From Candidatus Eiseniibacteriota bacterium (GTDB lineage: Bacteria; Eisenbacteria; RBG-16-71-46; SZUA-252), in NCBI GenBank assembly GCA_031370645.1, contig JANMQV010000038.1, positions 1-29,921 on the forward strand: a stretch of DNA of 29,921 bases. Reading direction: 5' to 3'. The notes beneath the pieces were generated by a model. It was not told where the DNA came from. It saw only the letters and a program-made list of their open reading frames with translations, and did no database searches. This document shows, piece after piece, positions 26,828 to 29,921 of the stretch (position 1 is the first letter of the stretch; each line of letters begins with the position of its first letter). Made by a program: the position numbers and the translations under genes.

Positions 26828-28186
26828 ATGAATGAACCCCTCGCCACGGCCGGCGCCGTGGCTGATCCGAAATTAGCGCCGGCTGAAGCGCATGAGATTC
26901 TGGAAGTCATTTTCAAGGCTCGCCGTCGCGAGTACTTCGCGAACCCCAAGGAAGTTCCGCTCCGTGGCGGCGACTGGATCGTGGTCCAGGCCGAGCGCGG
27001 CGAAGATTTGGGAAAGGTCCACCACACGCACGAGTGGGTGAAGCGCGACCATCTGCCGGGGAATCTCCGCGCGGTGATCCGCACGGCGCGCCCCGAAGAC
27101 ATGGAGCGGCTGGAGCAGAACCGCGCCAAGGAAGAGCGGGCGTTTCAGACGTGCAAGGAACGCGTCCTCCAGCGCGAGATCGAGATGAAGCTGGTCGACT
27201 GCGAGTACCAATTCGACGGAAACCGCATCACCTTCTTCTTCACCGCCGAGAAACGCGTCGATTTCCGGGATCTGGTGAAGGATTTGGCCGCCGTGTTTCG
27301 GACTCGCATCGAGTTGCGGCAGATCGGCGTGCGCGACGAATCGGGGCGGATCGGCGGGCTGGGGACGTGCGGGCGCGAGCTCTGCTGCGCCACCTGGCTT
27401 CGCGACTTCGAGCCGATCACGTTGAAGATGGCGAAAGATCAGGGCCTCTCGCCGAGCCCCTCGAAGATCTCCGGCGCCTGCGGGCGGTTGAAGTGCTGCC
27501 TCCGCTACGAACTCGACTTCTATAAGGGCGCCGCGCGCGAATTCCCGAAGATCGGGAGCGCCTTGGAATTGGAAGGGGTCGCCTACGAAGTCGGGCGCGT
27601 CGACATCTTCCACCGCACGCTGACGCTCCACGACGAGGCGGGAAATCCGACCGTCATGCTGATGGACGAACTGCCGGCGGGCACGAAGGTCACCGGCCCA
27701 TCGCGCGACCGGCGGAAGGGCTGCGACAAGCAGGGGTGTGGCTCGCGGGGCGCGAAGCCGGGCGACGGCGGTCACGACGACGCGCCGGCCGGGCCAGCCG
27801 CGCCGGAACGGCCTGGTTCGTCCGGAAGGCCCGGTTCGTCCACAAGACCTGGTTCGTCTCCGAGGCCGGAACGGAGCGAGCGTCGCGACCCGAGGCGAAT
27901 CCTCGGTAAGCCCGAACGGCGCGAGAGCCTCGATGCCCCGCCTAAGGAGCCAATGCGTCCGAGCGAACTTCGATCTGGCGGCCTGCGTTCCGAGACGCCG
28001 CGTACTGACGCGCCCCGCCAAGACGCCTCACGCTCCGACCAGCCCCCCGCTCAACCGGGCGCCCCAACGCCCGGCGGCAGCGAGCGCCGTCGCGGACGTC
28101 GCCGGCGCCGCGGCGGACCCGGTGGCGGACGGGGCCCCATGGGCGGCTCCTCGGGCGGTCACACCAGTGCGGGCCCTCGAGCATGA
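26828..28186 (+). CDS. ricT: PSP1-domain protein (RicT/YaaT family) with long low-complexity C-terminal tail
   Basis: MKLVDCEYQFD..TFFFTAEKRVDFRDLVKDLA, RIELRQIGVRDE, GTCGRELCC, ISGACGRLKCCLRYE; holB-yaaT-metG gene order. Confidence 0.9.
   Translation: MNEPLATAGAVADPKLAPAEAHEILEVIFKARRREYFANPKEVPLRGGDWIVVQAERGEDLGKVHHTHEWVKRDHLPGNLRAVIRTARPEDMERLEQNRAKEERAFQTCKERVLQREIEMKLVDCEYQFDGNRITFFFTAEKRVDFRDLVKDLAAVFRTRIELRQIGVRDESGRIGGLGTCGRELCCATWLRDFEPITLKMAKDQGLSPSPSKISGACGRLKCCLRYELDFYKGAAREFPKIGSALELEGVAYEVGRVDIFHRTLTLHDEAGNPTVMLMDELPAGTKVTGPSRDRRKGCDKQGCGSRGAKPGDGGHDDAPAGPAAPERPGSSGRPGSSTRPGSSPRPERSERRDPRRILGKPERRESLDAPPKEPMRPSELRSGGLRSETPRTDAPRQDASRSDQPPAQPGAPTPGGSERRRGRRRRRGGPGGGRGPMGGSSGGHTSAGPRA
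27809..27862 (+). repeat. Three imperfect 18-bp tandem repeats encoding RPGSSx
   Basis: cggcctggttcgtccgga / aggcccggttcgtccaca / agacctggttcgtctccg = RPGSSG RPGSST RPGSSP. Confidence 0.8.
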
Positions 28187-29697
28187 GCAAGTTCTACATC
28201 ACGACCGCGATCGACTACGTGAACAACATCCCCCACCTGGGGACGGCGTACGAAAAGATCGCGGCCGATGCCATCGCACGTTACAAGCGGCTCGCCGGAT
28301 TCGACACCCGCTTCCTCATGGGGAACGACGAGCATTCGACGAACGTCGAGAAGGCCGCGCGCGAGAAGGGGCTCGACCCCAAAGTCTATTGCGACCAGAT
28401 GGCCGACACGTTCCAGGCCGTCTGGAAGCGGCTCGACATCTCCTACGACGATTTCATCCGCACCACCGAGCCGCGCCATATCCGCGGCGTGCAGGAACTC
28501 TTTCGAAAGATCGCCGCGAACGGCGACATTTATAAGGGAAAATACGAGGGCTTCTACTGCGTCAGTTGCGAGCGCTTCTATCCCGAGAAGGAACTCGTGG
28601 ATGGCGAGTGCCCGAACCACGGCACCGTGCCGCAGTGGCTAAGTGAGGAGAACTGGTTTTTCCGACTTTCCGCGTACGGGCCGCGCCTCCTCGAGCACTA
28701 CGCCAAGCACGCCGACTTCCTCGTGCCCGCCATTCGCAGAAACGAGATCCTGAACGTGATCGAGGGCGGGCTTCAGGACATTTCTGTGTCGCGCGCCTCC
28801 ACGTGGGGCATTCCCCTCCCGGACGACCCGACGCAGCGTGTCTACGTCTGGTTCGACGCGCTCATCAACTACATCACCGGCCTCGGCTATCCCGACCAGG
28901 ACGGTCTCTGGCGCTACTGGCCCGCCGATCTCCACGTGATCGGGAAGGACATCACCCGCTTTCACTGCATCATCTGGCCCGCGATGCTCATGAGCGCGGG
29001 CGTGCCGCTCCCGAAGTCGGTGCTGGGCCACGGCTGGGTCCACTTCCAGGGCCAGAAACTGTCGAAGTCGCTCGGGAACATCGTGAATCCGCTCGACGTC
29101 GCCGACACCTGGGGCGCCGATTCCCTGCGCTACTTTCTTCTCCGCGAGGTGCCGCTCACGCGAGACGGCGACTTCAGTTGGGATCTATTCATCGAGCGCT
29201 ACAACGCGAACCTCGCGAACGACTGGGGAAATCTCTTCACGCGGAGCGTCTCGATGATCCATCGCTATCGCGCGGGGTTGTTGGCGAAGCCCGAGGCGGG
29301 CGCGGAACTCGGTGTGCTCTTGAAGAAGGCCCTCGCCGACTACCGCGAGGCGATGGAGCGCTACGCCGTCGACGAAGGGATCGAGGCCGCCTGGACGATC
29401 ATTCGCCGCGCGAATCAGATGGTCGAAGAGGGCGCGCCCTGGAAATTAGCGAAGGATCCCGCGAAGGCGGAGGAACTCGACGCGCTCCTGGGGCAGTTGG
29501 CGGTTGCGCTCCAGCACACCGCGTTTCTCCTCTTTCCGATCATGCCGTCGAAGGCGCGCCTCGTCTGGGAGACGTTGAGGCTCACCCCGGCGATCGAGGC
29601 GGCGCGCTTTCCCGCCGGCGGCGCGCTCCTGCCGCCTCCTCCCTCCAGAGTGGCGCTCGGCGAATCGCAGCCGCTCTTCCCCCGCATCGAGAAGTGA
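28183..29697 (+). CDS. metG: Methionine--tRNA ligase (short form, no C-terminal appended domain)
   Basis: FYITTAIDYVN, PHLGT (HIGH variant), CVSC..CPNH zinc knuckle, YVWFDALINY, GKDITRFH, KLSKS (KMSKS variant), LANDWGNL. Confidence 0.96.
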   Translation: MSKFYITTAIDYVNNIPHLGTAYEKIAADAIARYKRLAGFDTRFLMGNDEHSTNVEKAAREKGLDPKVYCDQMADTFQAVWKRLDISYDDFIRTTEPRHIRGVQELFRKIAANGDIYKGKYEGFYCVSCERFYPEKELVDGECPNHGTVPQWLSEENWFFRLSAYGPRLLEHYAKHADFLVPAIRRNEILNVIEGGLQDISVSRASTWGIPLPDDPTQRVYVWFDALINYITGLGYPDQDGLWRYWPADLHVIGKDITRFHCIIWPAMLMSAGVPLPKSVLGHGWVHFQGQKLSKSLGNIVNPLDVADTWGADSLRYFLLREVPLTRDGDFSWDLFIERYNANLANDWGNLFTRSVSMIHRYRAGLLAKPEAGAELGVLLKKALADYREAMERYAVDEGIEAAWTIIRRANQMVEEGAPWKLAKDPAKAEELDALLGQLAVALQHTAFLLFPIMPSKARLVWETLRLTPAIEAARFPAGGALLPPPPSRVALGESQPLFPRIEK

Positions 29698-29716
29698 CGC
29701 CGGGAGCCGCCGCGCC

Positions 29717-29921
29717 GTGATCGATTCGCACGCCCACGTCGGGAAAGAAGAGTTCGACGCCGATCGCGACGCCGTCTTGGAACGGGCCCGGGGTGCCGGG
29801 GTCCGTTGGATCGTGGAGGCCGCGACCGACGCCGCGTCGTCACGTGACACGATCGCGTTCGCGAAGCGTGCGACCGGGGTCCGAGCCGCGGTGGGAATGC
29901 ACCCCTGCGAGGTGCGCGAGG
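29717..29921 (+). CDS. tatD: TatD-family hydrolase/DNase (partial, runs off the right edge)
   Basis: Hand translation from GTG 29717: MIDSHAHVGKEEFDADRDAVLERARGAGV...AAVGMHPCEV, with DxHxH and GxHP motifs; follows metG. Not in the ORF track. Confidence 0.92.
   Translation, partial: MIDSHAHVGKEEFDADRDAVLERARGAGVRWIVEAATDAASSRDTIAFAKRATGVRAAVGMHPCEVRE

Noticed and set aside
1-29921. CRISPR arrays, IS/transposases, prophage, rRNA or tRNA genes
   Set aside because: None seen; nearly all sequence is accounted for by housekeeping CDS and short intergenic regions.

Overview
GC-rich bacterial chromosomal origin region, almost all housekeeping genes. The 5' part of dnaA runs off the left edge on the minus strand. 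On the plus strand, in order: rpmH-rnpA-yidD-yidC-jag-mnmE-mnmG-rsmG, a parS cluster, parA-parB, a DnaA-box cluster, MoxR AAA+/DUF58/BatA-vWA, mfd, two parvulin/SurA-type foldases, pdxA, ftsE-ftsX-envC, holB, PSP1/RicT, metG and a partial tatD. dnaA, rpmH and tatD are missing from the supplied ORF track and were read by hand. SurA-like foldases suggest a diderm; an FCB-related candidate lineage is a guess only. I see no mobile elements, CRISPR arrays, rRNA or tRNA genes, and no clearly novel multi-gene system. The best leads are: (1) a phased DnaA-box cluster with an adjacent trio-like triplet run after parB, about 10 kb from dnaA; (2) a dnaA leader with a strong hairpin and an SD-led 5-codon uORF whose stop overlaps the dnaA start; (3) a parS cluster with traces of an ~84 bp duplication, plus a parS-like site inside rsmG; (4) low-complexity additions in FtsE and RicT.
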